A DNA stretch of 64,000 nt from Octopus sinensis (Eukaryota), in contig NC_043009.1 of assembly GCF_006345805.1 (NCBI RefSeq), forward strand, positions 31,930,001 through 31,994,000, given 5' to 3'. Below, piece by piece: positions 14,018-25,630 of this stretch. Under the pieces are notes generated by a model. That model ran no database searches, had not been told where the DNA came from, and saw nothing but the letters and a program-made list of their open reading frames with translations. The position numbers and the translations under genes were made by a program. The first letter of the stretch is position 1. Each line of letters begins with the position of its first letter.

Positions 14018-14270
14018 CATTATTTGCATTTGACGGATAATTGTCCTCATCTTGTTTGTTGTTAACACAACGTTTTTGGCTAATATACCCTCCAGCCTTC
14101 TTCAGGTGTCTTGTGGAAATTTTGAACATGGGTTCTCATTCCTAAGGTATTTTTCGATGTTGTTGTTGTTATTATTATTGTTATTATTATTATTATTCAG
14201 GTCACTGTCTGGAATTGAACTCAGAATCTTGAGGTTAGTAGCCTGCGCTCTTAACCACTACACCATGGGC
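14018..14270 (-). mobile_element. HHR-bearing tRNA-headed repeat, copy B
   Basis: Minus strand GACAC-CTGAAGA-A-GGCTG..TAGCC-AAAAACGTT-GTGTT (14064-14110; G12 lost); tRNA-like head at 14200-14270. Confidence 0.85.
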
Positions 14271-14371
14271 ATAAATTAGTCTTGTCCTTACTGGTTTAAA
14301 AACTATACTGCTATATTGAAGTGGGCGTTATAATAATTCGATATTAAAGATTACAATCGTTGTAATCCTTA

Positions 14372-14436
14372 ATGTCATAGTAGTTAAGAGCACGGGTTAC
14401 TAACCTGAAGACTTCGAGTTTGATTCCAGGCACTGA

Positions 14437-14499
<63 letters not shown>

Positions 14500-14683
14500 C
14501 AACAACATCGAAAAATACCTTAGGAATGAGAACCCCAGTTCGAGATTTCCCCAGGACACTTGATGAAGGCTGGAGGGTATATCAGCCGAAACATTGTGTT
14601 AACAACAAACAAGATGAGGACAAATATCCATCAATTGTAAAAAATGTAAATAATGTACATAATTCCTCATCTCTTAAATATAG
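14372..14683 (+). mobile_element. HHR-bearing tRNA-headed repeat, copy C
   Basis: Head TAGTAGTTAAGAGCACGGG..GAGTTTGATTCC, (AAT)n, then GACAC-TTGATGA-A-GGCTG..CAGCC-GAAACATT-GTGTT (14555-14600; C3 mutated to T). Confidence 0.85.
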
Positions 14684-15054
14684 AACTGGTACTTAATTTA
14701 TCAACACCCAAAAGGATAAAAGGCAAAGTCGACCTCAGCAGAATTTGAACTCAGAATGTAAAGACATGAAATGCCTGCAGTAATGTTGGTGCTAAGCTGC
14801 ATCAGAACTTGCCTTTCTCTTGGCTAACATTGCATTCTCTTGGCTAACATGGAAAGATGAGACTCACATCAACAGGAAACTGCTATTCTTCTGTATGATC
14901 TTGTGTGTGCCTGACCCCTTGGAGAGGGCCTTTCTATATACATAGACACTACTAAAAGGTTGAATGTCATCTGCTTTTAGCAAGTTACAGGACATTAAGT
15001 AGCCCTCTGTGTTTGACTAATCCATTTCTACAATACAATACATTTCTGAGAAAG

Positions 15055-15407
15055 TACTTGTGGCAACATTCACCCTGGGCGGGTTGAGTCGGCTTCTTCT
15101 ACTCATGGAAGAAGTTTCGTGGGAATATGTGGATTTCCCAAGCAGTCCCCAACAATCCCGCATGTGGAGACATCCTGTCTGCCGCAGATTGTCTGCAGAT
15201 GCAGGGACAGAATGACTGAGGAGCCGCCGATTGCTAAAGCAGACACTGTGAGGATTTTCTGCTGGGTTGTGGCCCTAATGCCACTCAGTGTCAGACCAAT
15301 CTGCCTTGGGAGGCCCTACCAGGAACCGAAGTTCTTGACAGCATAGCTCTGACACTGCCCGTTGCCAGCGTCCCCACCACGGTGAGGAGGGGATGGACTA
15401 TGGGGAC
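15055..15407 (-). mobile_element. Non-autonomous internally deleted RTE-like element (5' UTR-like part joined to 3' end-like part)
   Basis: Perfect 15-bp TSD ACATTTCTGAGAAAG (15040-15054 and 15408-15422). GC-rich. The minus strand has CCGTGGTGGGG..GAGCTATGC..CCTGGTAGGGCCTCCCAAGGCAGATTGGTC, which resembles RTE 5' UTRs as I recall them. Confidence 0.65.
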
Positions 15408-17447
15408 ACATTTCTGAGAAAGGCATGAATATCACAACATCAATTTAAAAGTTCATGGGACATCCTTGCAGGGTTTCCTTTCTTAGCTACTATTAAATAA
15501 CCCTTCAAAGTTACATGGGAAATAAAGACAAATCATTTTAAGAGATTATTTCATAAATCAGAGAAGAATTGCAAGTATTGTCCACAAAGTTTCCTATATT
15601 TCAATCAGCCGTCATACAGAGATGCTTTCTATTACTTCTTTTAGAAATTATAAAGCAGACACAACACAATACATCGAATCTTCTCACACACCAAATACTG
15701 AACAACCAAAAACCTAATGGGCTGATGGCTAAAGTCAGAGAATAGATTTCTATTTTTTTTCTCCTTTTCTCTTCTTTTTATTTCAGTTTCTATCAATGAA
15801 TATTGGAAAATTAAGTTGGTTCAGACATAATTCTGAATATGTATGTGACAATACTTCAATACTAATGAGTTGACACTTACAGACTTTACCATCGCTGCTC
15901 GCTAACTTCTACAAAATAGCAATGTAAAGTAAAATACAATTTATGTTGCTTACTTTCACTTAATATAACAGTTCCAACGAAAACTGTGTTAAATTGAAAA
16001 GGGAGGTCAAACGTATAGAAACAGAAAGAAGCATTGTTGTGCTTGTAGTTGCAGTTGTTGCTATTGTTATTGTTGTTGTTGTTGTTGTGGTAGTTTAACC
16101 CAAGGTTAGCATCGATGATCAAGCAGACCTATAATCAACGATCTTTCTGCTGTGATCACTCGGACTCTTTTTCCAGTTATCTATGATTATTTAGAACTAC
16201 ATTGTCAAACGTGGACACTCTCATATGCATAGAGATACACACACATACACACATATATATACATATATATATATACATATGAGTATATATATATGTGTAC
16301 ATATATATGTGTGTGTATATATATATATATGTGTGTATATACATACATACATACATATATATATATATTGAAAAGGTTGCAAGATGCAATGAAAATTTTA
16401 GGAAAATTAAAATAAGAAATAAGGGGAAATTTTACCGGTGAGTGTGTTGCATTATAAGACAAAAAAAGAAAATGATTCTCCTCAGACACAACAGAATATG
16501 CTTCAACACACGAACTCATATAAAGAATCTTGCAAACCAAATCCAAAAACGAAATATATGTATATATATATATTTATATATGCATATGCATAGATAGAAA
16601 ACTACATAGAGTCCTATATACATATATATATATAAATGCATGTGTGTGAGTATGTGTGTGTGTATGTTTGTATCAATCATCATCATCATCATTCAACGTC
16701 TGCTTTGCCTGCTGGCATGGATTCGATGATTTGACTGGAAACTGTTAAGCCAGTGGGCTGCACCAGGTTCTGATCTGTTTTGGCAAAGTTTCTACAGCCG
16801 GATGCCCTTCCTGACACCAACCACTCCAAGAGTGTAGTGGGTGGTTTTTATGTTCCACTGGCAGAGGGAGGTGCCATTGACCTGACACCAGCATTGGCCA
16901 TGACTACAGTCTCACTTGGCTTGACAGGTCAACACAAGCACAGTATATTGCCAAATGTCTTGTTCCCCTGTCATTGCCTCCATGAGGCCTGAAACTCAAA
17001 AGGTGCTCTTTACATGCCAGTCAGACAGCATTGGCATTGGCTTCAGAATTAAGCGTTAGTCAAGTACAGAGCAATAATAACACTTCTATGCTGAAGTAGA
17101 GACAGCATGTTCTTTGTCTATCTTCTTACCTTCTTTGAGATTTTAGGTAAAACTATACTATTGTGTCCATCTGTTTTAATTCAATTAAATTCTATGCCTT
17201 TATGCAGCTGAGGATTGCTCTGCGTCTAAATTGATGTAATGATTGCATTGTTCAATTAAATGGAGTTGCTTGAAACGACCATACTGCATTACCTCTGGAT
17301 ATTCTTGTTGCTTATCTTGATTTTAGTCACCTTATTTTGAAATTGCATGGATAACACCGTACTAAATTCTGGTGCCTCAACTTAAGTACCATATTCATCT
17401 GAATAAATTATATATACATGTATGTATGTATGCATGTATACATATAT

Positions 17448-17484
<37 letters not shown>

Positions 17485-18236
17485 GATTGGTGGATGCATA
17501 TGAAGAGTAAAAAGTGATTCAAGAAAGATTTTGTTGCTATTTTTAGTAGGTTTTATAATATCATAGAAGCTCTGTTGTTGAGTTTTGTTCTCATCTATAT
17601 TTCTAAATACTAAAAAAAAAAAGAAAAGAAAAACTTATGCTGGAACAGATATCTTGATTGCATACTTTTGAAACACTTGTATCTTTTTATCATTAGAGAT
17701 ATAATTAGTCCAATATTTTATCGTAATTATTAACTCTTGATACTGTCAAGTGATTCTGCACTAGCTGGTTTTTTTATGCTACATCTCTCAAGAATCTTTT
17801 ATGCTAAATAATAAGTAAAAGATCAATATAATTCTAGGATAAGACATTAATTTATTTGGAAGTAACATATTCGGGTGAACTGATGTCATTTACCTACAGC
17901 TTAGTGGCCTGAGACACATAGAATTATTGAATTAATATCTCTGGCTGGCAGACAATGATCTCCTGACTTATGAATAATATAACTTCTCATCCGTATGAAT
18001 ATTTTGTGTATGCATAGACTTAGATACATAAATACATATGAACAAAATTACACACACACAAACACAAACATACACACACACACACACATACACATGCTCA
18101 CGTTTATATATCTATATTCGTATTCATGTATATATTTTGTTTTAATAATGGCAACAATACTCTTTTCATAGCCAGATATATTTATACACACACACACATA
18201 TATATATTTGTGCATGTATGTGTGTGAGTGTGTGTA

Positions 18237-18278
<42 letters not shown>

Positions 18279-19723
18279 ATATATATATATTATATATGTA
18301 TATATATGTATGTATATATATATATATACATATATATATGCATACATTTATATATATATATACATATATACACACACACACACACATATATATATGTATA
18401 TATATATATATGTATACATGCATACATATACATACAAATACATTCATGCATACACACACACACACACATGCAGTGACCTACCAAAAGGTTTTATTTATTT
18501 CTTCCTTTCTTTTTTCTAATTAAATATCAAATATGTTTTCATTTCTTTGCCGTCCCATAATAGGAATTTGCATTTTGGGGATTAATTGTAATTTTAATTT
18601 CATAAAACTATAACAATGAAAACCATTGGGGTAAAAAAAAACGATATTGATGAATGTACACATGGCTACACCATTGAATCATGCTATCAATGTTGAAAGT
18701 CGAATCAAGAATATATTTCAGACTTTATAGACTATTGAAAAAGTCTTAAATTCATCTTAAATATCTTAAATATCTTAAATTCATTTTCCATTTTAGATTT
18801 GGTTTGCAAGATTTGATACTTGATGACAATTTGAGTGTTGAAATAAATTTTGTTGTCTTGGGAGGGTCGTTATGCCAATGATAATAGTAACACACACACT
18901 AGTTCAGCATCACTTCTCCAATTTTAGCCAATTGCTTAAGTATCTAACCAATAAACAAACTGATCATTTGTTTAATGTGTTGATTAAGCAATCAATCAGT
19001 TGTTTGTTAGTCTCAAAGTCCTTTCATTGCAGTTCATGAACTTTTCAATAACTTTCTCTCTTCAAGGTCCAATAATTGGTCTGTCCAATAATTGGTCTCA
19101 TGTTTGTGTGTATGTAAGCTTGTGTGTGTGTGGGTGTGTAAGTGCACATACATGACTGCTTCTGTGTGTTAGTAGCCACCTGTGACCCATTTAAGGGTCA
19201 TGTAAATGCATTATGGCAAGGTCTGTTATTAAAGCATGGTTATATCTACCTAGATACCAATCAAAATATACTTGGAAGACATTTTCAAGCAAAATATCTA
19301 CTCATTCTTGATCACTCTCTCTCTTACCTTCTCTTGCTCTTTCCTCCAGCTAGGTAACTAAGTATCTCCTTTACATCAGTACACCTGTTTCTGTCCTCTT
19401 TTCTTATTACCTCTTTCTCTCTCCTTTCCTTCTCTCTCTTCCTCTTCCTCTCGCTCTCTCTCACTTCCTCTCTCTCTCTGGTCGGATAACCATATACGCC
19501 CCTCTATAGTAAGACACCTGTTTCTGCTTCTCTATTTCTCTATCACACTCTAATCTTGCATTGTCTTTGTTAGCTCAGTTTGGTACTAAACTAACAAACC
19601 AACAAAGTAACAAATTCATTCAATGACCAGCAAGGGTCATAGAATCATGAAGATGCACATCCCGTTGGATTTGAATGTTTTGCAATGTTGTGTTTGATTT
19701 ATTCACCTGATGGAAATGCTATT

Positions 19724-19787
19724 TTTTTCTAATGATGTATTGCCTGCATTAATCAATTAAAAATTCGTTGGAAACAGCTGTAGGGAA
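19724..19787 (+). ncRNA. Degenerate minimal hammerhead motif
   Basis: TTTTT-CTAATGA-..-GAAACAGCTGTA|GGGAA; palindromic ACAGCTGT stem III, G5A core change, weak stem II. Confidence 0.4.
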
Positions 19788-20014
19788 TCAACACATTTTC
19801 ATCTGTTGTTATTTATTCATTCACACACACACATACACACATATATATATATATATATATATTATATACATATATATGTATATTTATATATATATAAACA
19901 TGCATATATATATATATATATATATAGGGACAGTTTACAAAAAACAAAAGACTAAGACAGGTGGTGTACAAAACAAACAGATGTATTAGCATAACGCTCA
20001 GGAATAGAAAAAGT

Positions 20015-20050
20015 ATTTTATGTTTCGAGCCTATGCTCCTCTACAGAAAG
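20015..20050 (-). ncRNA. Variant minimal hammerhead motif (A6U) inside a repeat at about 19925-20090
   Basis: Minus strand CTTT-CTGTAGA-G-GAGC(ATAG)GCTC-GAAAC-ATA|AAAT. Confidence 0.5.
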
Positions 20051-20263
20051 GGACATAGAAAAAACAAGGAGAGAAAAAAAGGAGAGAAAAACGATATATA
20101 TATATATACATATCCTCAAGTATTTTATATGTAATAGAGAAATGTAGAATATACATATATATATATAAATTAAAATAATGAGGGTAGAAATTGATATTAA
20201 TCAATTAAAATCAATTTAAACTAGTGGTCTAGCATATTAAAAAAAATCCGAATATTTAAAAAC

Positions 20264-20471
20264 TATATTACAATTAATAAGAGGAATGACCACTAAAGTG
20301 GATTCCTATATGCTAAAGATAGACAAAGAGTGTGTTCTCAAGAAAAAAATTTTGGCATTTGCTGGGCTTTTAGTCTTGAGAACGCACTTTTTGTGGCAAG
20401 GCAATTTGATATCTATCTCTAGCATATAGGAATCCACTTTAGCGGTCATTCCTCTTATTAATTGTAATATA
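20264..20471. repeat. Long inverted repeat / foldback
   Basis: 60-bp arms at 20264-20323 and 20412-20471 with 2 mismatches; a second stem lies inside the spacer (20324-20343 with 20374-20393). Confidence 0.9.
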
Positions 20472-21049
20472 TATATATACACATACATGTGTGTGTGTGT
20501 GCATATGCATGTGTTTGTGTGTATGTATGTTATGTAAGTATGTTTGCTTTAGTATTGCTTTTCAAGTAGATTATCAATATTTTCTTATATTTATCTTTCT
20601 TGAAACACATTTTGTTAAATATTCTTCCAAGAGAAAACATGTATTCAAGAAAAAAAAAAAAAACTACTTATGGAATTATATTTGTGTTTTGTTTCTTTAT
20701 TTTTTATCTTTTATTTTCTTTTCTTCTATTTCTGACTTTATTGATTTCTAATAAAACATAATTCAACTGGTGACATGAAACTCAAGAAATAAATTGATAT
20801 CAGATTTGAAACATAGGTAGAGGTTTATAGAAAGAAAACACTGGTGATAATGTTGTTGTTGTTTCTTCTTTTGGTTTTAGGCCTTGGTCAGCTCTGATTG
20901 AGCAGAACTACGATTGATGCTGCTCCATCCAGGACAATTTTGCCTTTTTCTCAAATCTCAGTGTGAAGGCAGCATCATCCAATATGCCCCCTCATTTTTA
21001 TAATGGTACGAAGGGTATAATTTGAAGATCTGGCAGCCAGTTGACAGTA

Positions 21050-21260
21050 TCATTAGCATGCTGGACGAAATTCCTTGCAGTATTTTGTCTGCTGTTACAT
21101 TCTGAGTTCAAATTCCGCCAAAGTTGACTTCACCTTTCATCCTTTCGGGGTCAATTAAATAAATACCAGTTATGCACTGGGGTCGATGTAACCGACTTAA
21201 TCCCTTTGTCTGTCTTTGTTTGTCCCCTCTATGTTTAGCCCCCTGTGGGCAATAAAGAAA
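21050..21260 (+). mobile_element. SINE family B copy
   Basis: CTGAGTTCAAATTCCGCC..CATCCTTTCGGGGTCAATTAAATAAATACCAG..GTTTAGCCCCCTGTGGGCAATAAAG. Confidence 0.85.
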
Positions 21261-21419
21261 TATATTTGAAGATCTGTTTTCTTTACCAAGTAATCCTTTG
21301 AAAGATCTTGTCTTATGTTTGTTGTTGTCCTCTGGTCATTGTTGTTGTTGTTGCTGTAGTTGTTAGTATTTGTCCCCCTGATTCTATGCCTCCATGAGTC
21401 TCCCTCTTTCATTACTTCC

Positions 21420-22639
21420 ATTGTCTTCTCTACATGGTCACCACCAATGGTGACACACTTCTATTGCTTTATGCAGCTGTGAAGACCTCAGCTGTAGAAG
21501 TCATTAGGTTGCATCTGGCACCAAGACTTTACCTCAGAAGCAAGTTCACCATCATCCAAAAAGTGCTTCTTCTTCAAAAACGACTTCATGGCTGGAAAGA
21601 GGTGGACGTTAGATGGGATGAGGCCAGGAGAGTAAGTGGAGTGAGGAAGGATTTCATAGCCGCAGGAATGTGCTGTTATCTGGGCAACATGCACGTTGTG
21701 AACTGGGGTGTTGTCTTGGAGGAGGCAGACTCTTTTGATCAGCATTCCACACCTCTCTACTTTGATGGCATCTTGCAATTTCTGCAGCAGAGAAGCATAA
21801 TATGCCCTGTTAATTGTGGTGCCCTTTGCCAGAAAATCCATCATCACTACTCCGCACTGATTCCAAAAGAGTGTGAGTTTTACCTTACCTGCTGAGGGTT
21901 GGACACAAGCCTTCTTTGTATGTAGTGAGTAATCATGCTTCCATTGCTTCAACTGGACTTTAGTCTCAGGATCAAAGTGATGGGCACATGTTTCACCCTG
22001 TGAGATAAGTCTGCCGAAAAAGTCCTCCTCGTTTTCTTGGCACAATGCTAAAAGAGTCTAAGAGCAACTGCCTCATTTCTGCTTCTGTAAAGGTGTGAGC
22101 ATCTGGGGAATCCATCATGCAGACAACTTCCACATATGCGAATGATGTGAATGATTTTTTTCCATGGACCCTACACTTATCTTCACTTCTTGGACTAGTT
22201 GCCAATTAGTTATGTGGCAATCCTCCAAAAAAAAACAGTTTCCACTTTATGGATGGTGTCATCTTCCATGGCAGAATGTGGCCATCCAGGAATAGGTGCA
22301 GTTTCCACCGATGGCCGACCACATTGGAACTGGTGATGCCAGTGCTTGACTACAACATATGATGGTGCATCGTCACCATAAACTTCTTTTCATTTCATCA
22401 AAAGTCTCTTTTGGTGTACGACCTTACAGGTATAAGAACCTGATCACTGATCTGCATTCAGCTACCTCCATTATAACACCTTAGTCCACTTCAGCATCAG
22501 TAAAAGACAAATGAATGCTAGCAGAGAGCTGAAATTTACAATGTGATGTGTAAAGACATGTATGATTATATCTGTACAAGTTCCATTTCCTGCAATAAAT
22601 GGAAGTGGGTCAAGGGAAATATTTAATGAACATCCCTCG
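21420..22639 (-). mobile_element. Decayed mariner (DD34D) transposon; transposase pseudogene
   Basis: ORF 21488-22045 has HHFDPETK, SAGKVKLTLFW, LLQDNTPVH and YSPGLIPSNVHLF. The N-terminal HTH-like part has stops and frameshifts. 5' TIR TA|CGAGGGATGTTCATTAAATATT lies at about 22618-22641; no 3' TIR seen. Confidence 0.92.
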
Positions 22640-22670
22640 TATGTGTGTGTGTGTACATACATACATGCAT

Positions 22671-22727
<57 letters not shown>

Positions 22728-23039
22728 AAGGTGCATGGTTTAGTGGTGAGTGTGTTGCACTCATGATTGTGAGATCATTGGTTTGATTCCCAGACTTACT
22801 ATCTTAAATATGGAGAGACTCAACTGATAATACTGAACTCATGAGATTACTATGCTTAGGAAATAAGCCAGATGGTCATGAATGGAATAGTGCTGAGCTT
22901 GACTTTGCTCAATCAGAGCTGACAGAGATACATACACACATACAGGTATTTAGAATAAAATCCTCAATGTATCAGAGACCTCTGCATGCACCCTTGAAAT
23001 GGATGGATGGATGGACGGATGGGCAGGTAGGTACAGGTG

Positions 23040-23062
23040 GGCAGATAGATTGACAGACAGAC

Positions 23063-23133
<71 letters not shown>

Positions 23134-23260
23134 CAGACTGACAGACAGACAGACAGATAGACAGACAGACAAACAGACAGACAGATAGATAGATAGATAG
23201 AGAGATAGAGAGATAGAGAGATAGATAGATAGATAGATAGACTAACAGACAGCTAGATAC
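23040..23260. repeat. (GATA/GACA)n tetranucleotide microsatellite
   Basis: Directly visible. Confidence 0.95.
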
Positions 23261-24088
23261 ATGCATAGGTGCCTATGTGTGTATGTATATATATATGTAT
23301 ATACATCTATATCTGTATTTATGTGTGTGTGTGTGTGTGTGCCCGCACACATTCGAGTAAGATATACATATCCATGTAACTTGTAGGTATGTAAACACAA
23401 GAGAAGAAATCAAACCAAAACCCAATTATCTTATAGAGCTTTTAAAGGGTCAGTTTTCCTCTCCACTGCTATGTCTGTTGTCCAAACAAGACAACAGAAT
23501 TGTTTTCAATACAAAATATCATTACAATCGTTGCATGTGGCATCAAATCTTAGTTCAGAATTCAATTTATTTCAAGCACAATGTAATTGTTAACTAATAA
23601 ACCATTTTTGTGTTCTACTTATGTATTTCATGATTTTTTTAATGCTTTTTGGGGTTTTTTTTATTTATTCAGTGTGTGTTTTAGTTGTTTTAGTTGTTTT
23701 AGCATTACTGGTTTCTGAAGATTGTTGTAGTTTGGACCAAGGAATACGGTAAACAACTGCAGCCAAATGAAATATCAACAGAATATATTTCTATACAGCA
23801 TGCTATCACTACAATACCTGATATCCAGAGAGATCACGTAAATAATATCTTTTTTTCTGTTGACAGTAAATGAATATTTATAACAATTATCTTGGAGTCA
23901 ACCATATTGATGGAGATGAAGTTATAATAAAAATAATGATGGTGTTGTTGATGATGATAATAATGATGATGATGATATTAACAAAAGAATAATAATAACA
24001 ATAATAACAATAATAGTGATAATAACAATAACAATGATAATAATAATAATAATATAATAATGATAATAATAATAATAATAATAATATA

Positions 24089-24125
<37 letters not shown>

Positions 24126-24319
24126 AAATGATTTCAAATTTTTGCCACAAGGGCAAATAATTAAGTCAATTACATCAACCCCAGTGTTCAACTTGTACTT
24201 AGTTTATTGACCCCGATAGGATGAAAGGCAAAGTTGACATAGGCAGAATTTGAACTCAGAACATAGCGACAGGCGAAATACCACCAAGCATTTCATCCAG
24301 CATGCTAACGCTTCTGCCA

Positions 24320-24375
<56 letters not shown>

Positions 24376-24480
24376 TAATAATAATGATAATAATAATAAT
24401 GATAATAATAATAATAATAATAATAATATTAATAATAATAATAATAATAATTATGATAATAATAATAATAATAATAATAA

Positions 24481-24972
24481 AGCCAATAAACCAGATATTG
24501 TTGTGAAAGACAAAAACAATAAAGTTTGCTTATTGATCGATATGAGCATCCCCTGTGATCATAATATCTCGGCGAAAGAGTTTGACAAGCTCAGAAAATA
24601 TAAAGACCTGCTCATTGAAATTGAGAAAATGTGGCATCTCAAGGCGGTTACAATACCAGTGATCGTAAGAGCACTAGGAATGATCAAGAAGGGAACCGAA
24701 AATTATATGAGAATGATCCCTGGCTTACCATCCCTGCAAGAAGTGCAAAAGATTGTCTTAACTGGTAAATCAGATGTATTGAGAAGAGCATTGTCGCTGT
24801 GAGAACTATTACTACCCATGTAGTAATAGTTTTTTAACTTTAAAAAAAAAAAAAAAATGAACGAACTATTGAGTTTAGTTTAATGGCCTACCAATGTATA
24901 CTATGAGTTTCTTTGCCCTAGGAGTCGGGAAGACACTCGGCAAGAAATGGAAGCAAATTTGAAAGAAGAAGA
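24481..24972 (+). mobile_element. 5'-truncated R4/Dong-like non-LTR retrotransposon (RLE domain plus 3' UTR) in (AAT)n
   Basis: KPDIVVKDKNNKVCLLIDMSIPCDHNISAKEFDKLRKYKDL..PVIVRALG is a PD-(D/E)xK RLE motif; stop at 24800-24802; (AAT)n on both sides. Confidence 0.85.
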
Positions 24973-25001
24973 TAATAATAATAATAATAATGATAATAAT
25001 A

Positions 25002-25056
<55 letters not shown>

Positions 25057-25058
<2 letters not shown>

Positions 25059-25585
25059 TGCCCTGATGCAGTACCAGGCAGTGGCTCTTGTGGCTTCTGA
25101 TCTTAACTGATTGGAAGTGCTATCATGTACATTGTTTCGTCTTGGTATAAAAGATGGGCTACAGCAAATATTCTGCTCAATACTACAGATTCACTTGTCA
25201 GTTGTTTGACCAGTTGAGCTTATCCCTTGGTGGTTGATGATATGTGAATCTCTGATCATGAGCAGAAGTAGTGGTGGAGCATCATAACCATGTGTTGAGA
25301 GTAGTTCTTAGAGGTTTAGATAATTCACCTTTGGAAACATGGGTGTTTCGTTCAACATCCTTAAACAACCCTTATTCAGGGACCTTTTGAACAGGATGGG
25401 CTACTCGAGGTGAATAAAATTCTAACTGGGTTCCATCTTGATATGAGTTCACCATGCTGCACACATGTGGTTGTGATGTATGTGCCTGGTGTGCTCTTAT
25501 CAGACGGGTAGTCATGATGGGTGTACTGGGCTTCGTATATTTGTAACCCAGTGTCACTTTGATGGCATGCACTGCTCTCTCACTC
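25057..25585. mobile_element. Non-coding ~550-bp element in (AAT)n, copy 1
   Basis: Same ends (AAATGCCCTGATGCAGTACC ... CTCACTC) and (AAT)n flanks as copy 2 at 33625-34181. Confidence 0.85.
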
Positions 25586-25630
25586 AATAACAACAACAAC
25601 AACAACAACAACAATGATAATATTAATAAT

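Larger units (their letters stand above)
13935..14770 (-). mobile_element. SINE family B copy interrupted by the HHR-SINE inverted dimer
   Basis: The host reads ..CCAGTATGCAACTGGTACTTAATTTA, is interrupted at 14018-14683, then resumes AACTGGTACTTAATTTATCAACACCC..GAATTTGAACTCAG. Confidence 0.8.

Noticed and set aside
14372-14440. tRNA gene calls for SINE heads here and at 6257, 36507 and 50770
   Set aside because: They lack a paired acceptor stem and run directly into repeat bodies; they are tRNA-derived heads, not tRNA genes.
23703-23837. 135-nt plus-strand segment between TTTTAG and GTAAAT with one open frame (HYWFLKIVVVWTKEYGK..)
   Set aside because: No recognisable homology, a weak donor and no partner exons.
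25440-25585. HDV-like or twister fold at the end of the 550-bp element
   Set aside because: The L3 would be 5 nt, P1 has mismatches and there is no CNRA J4/2; twister core motifs are absent.
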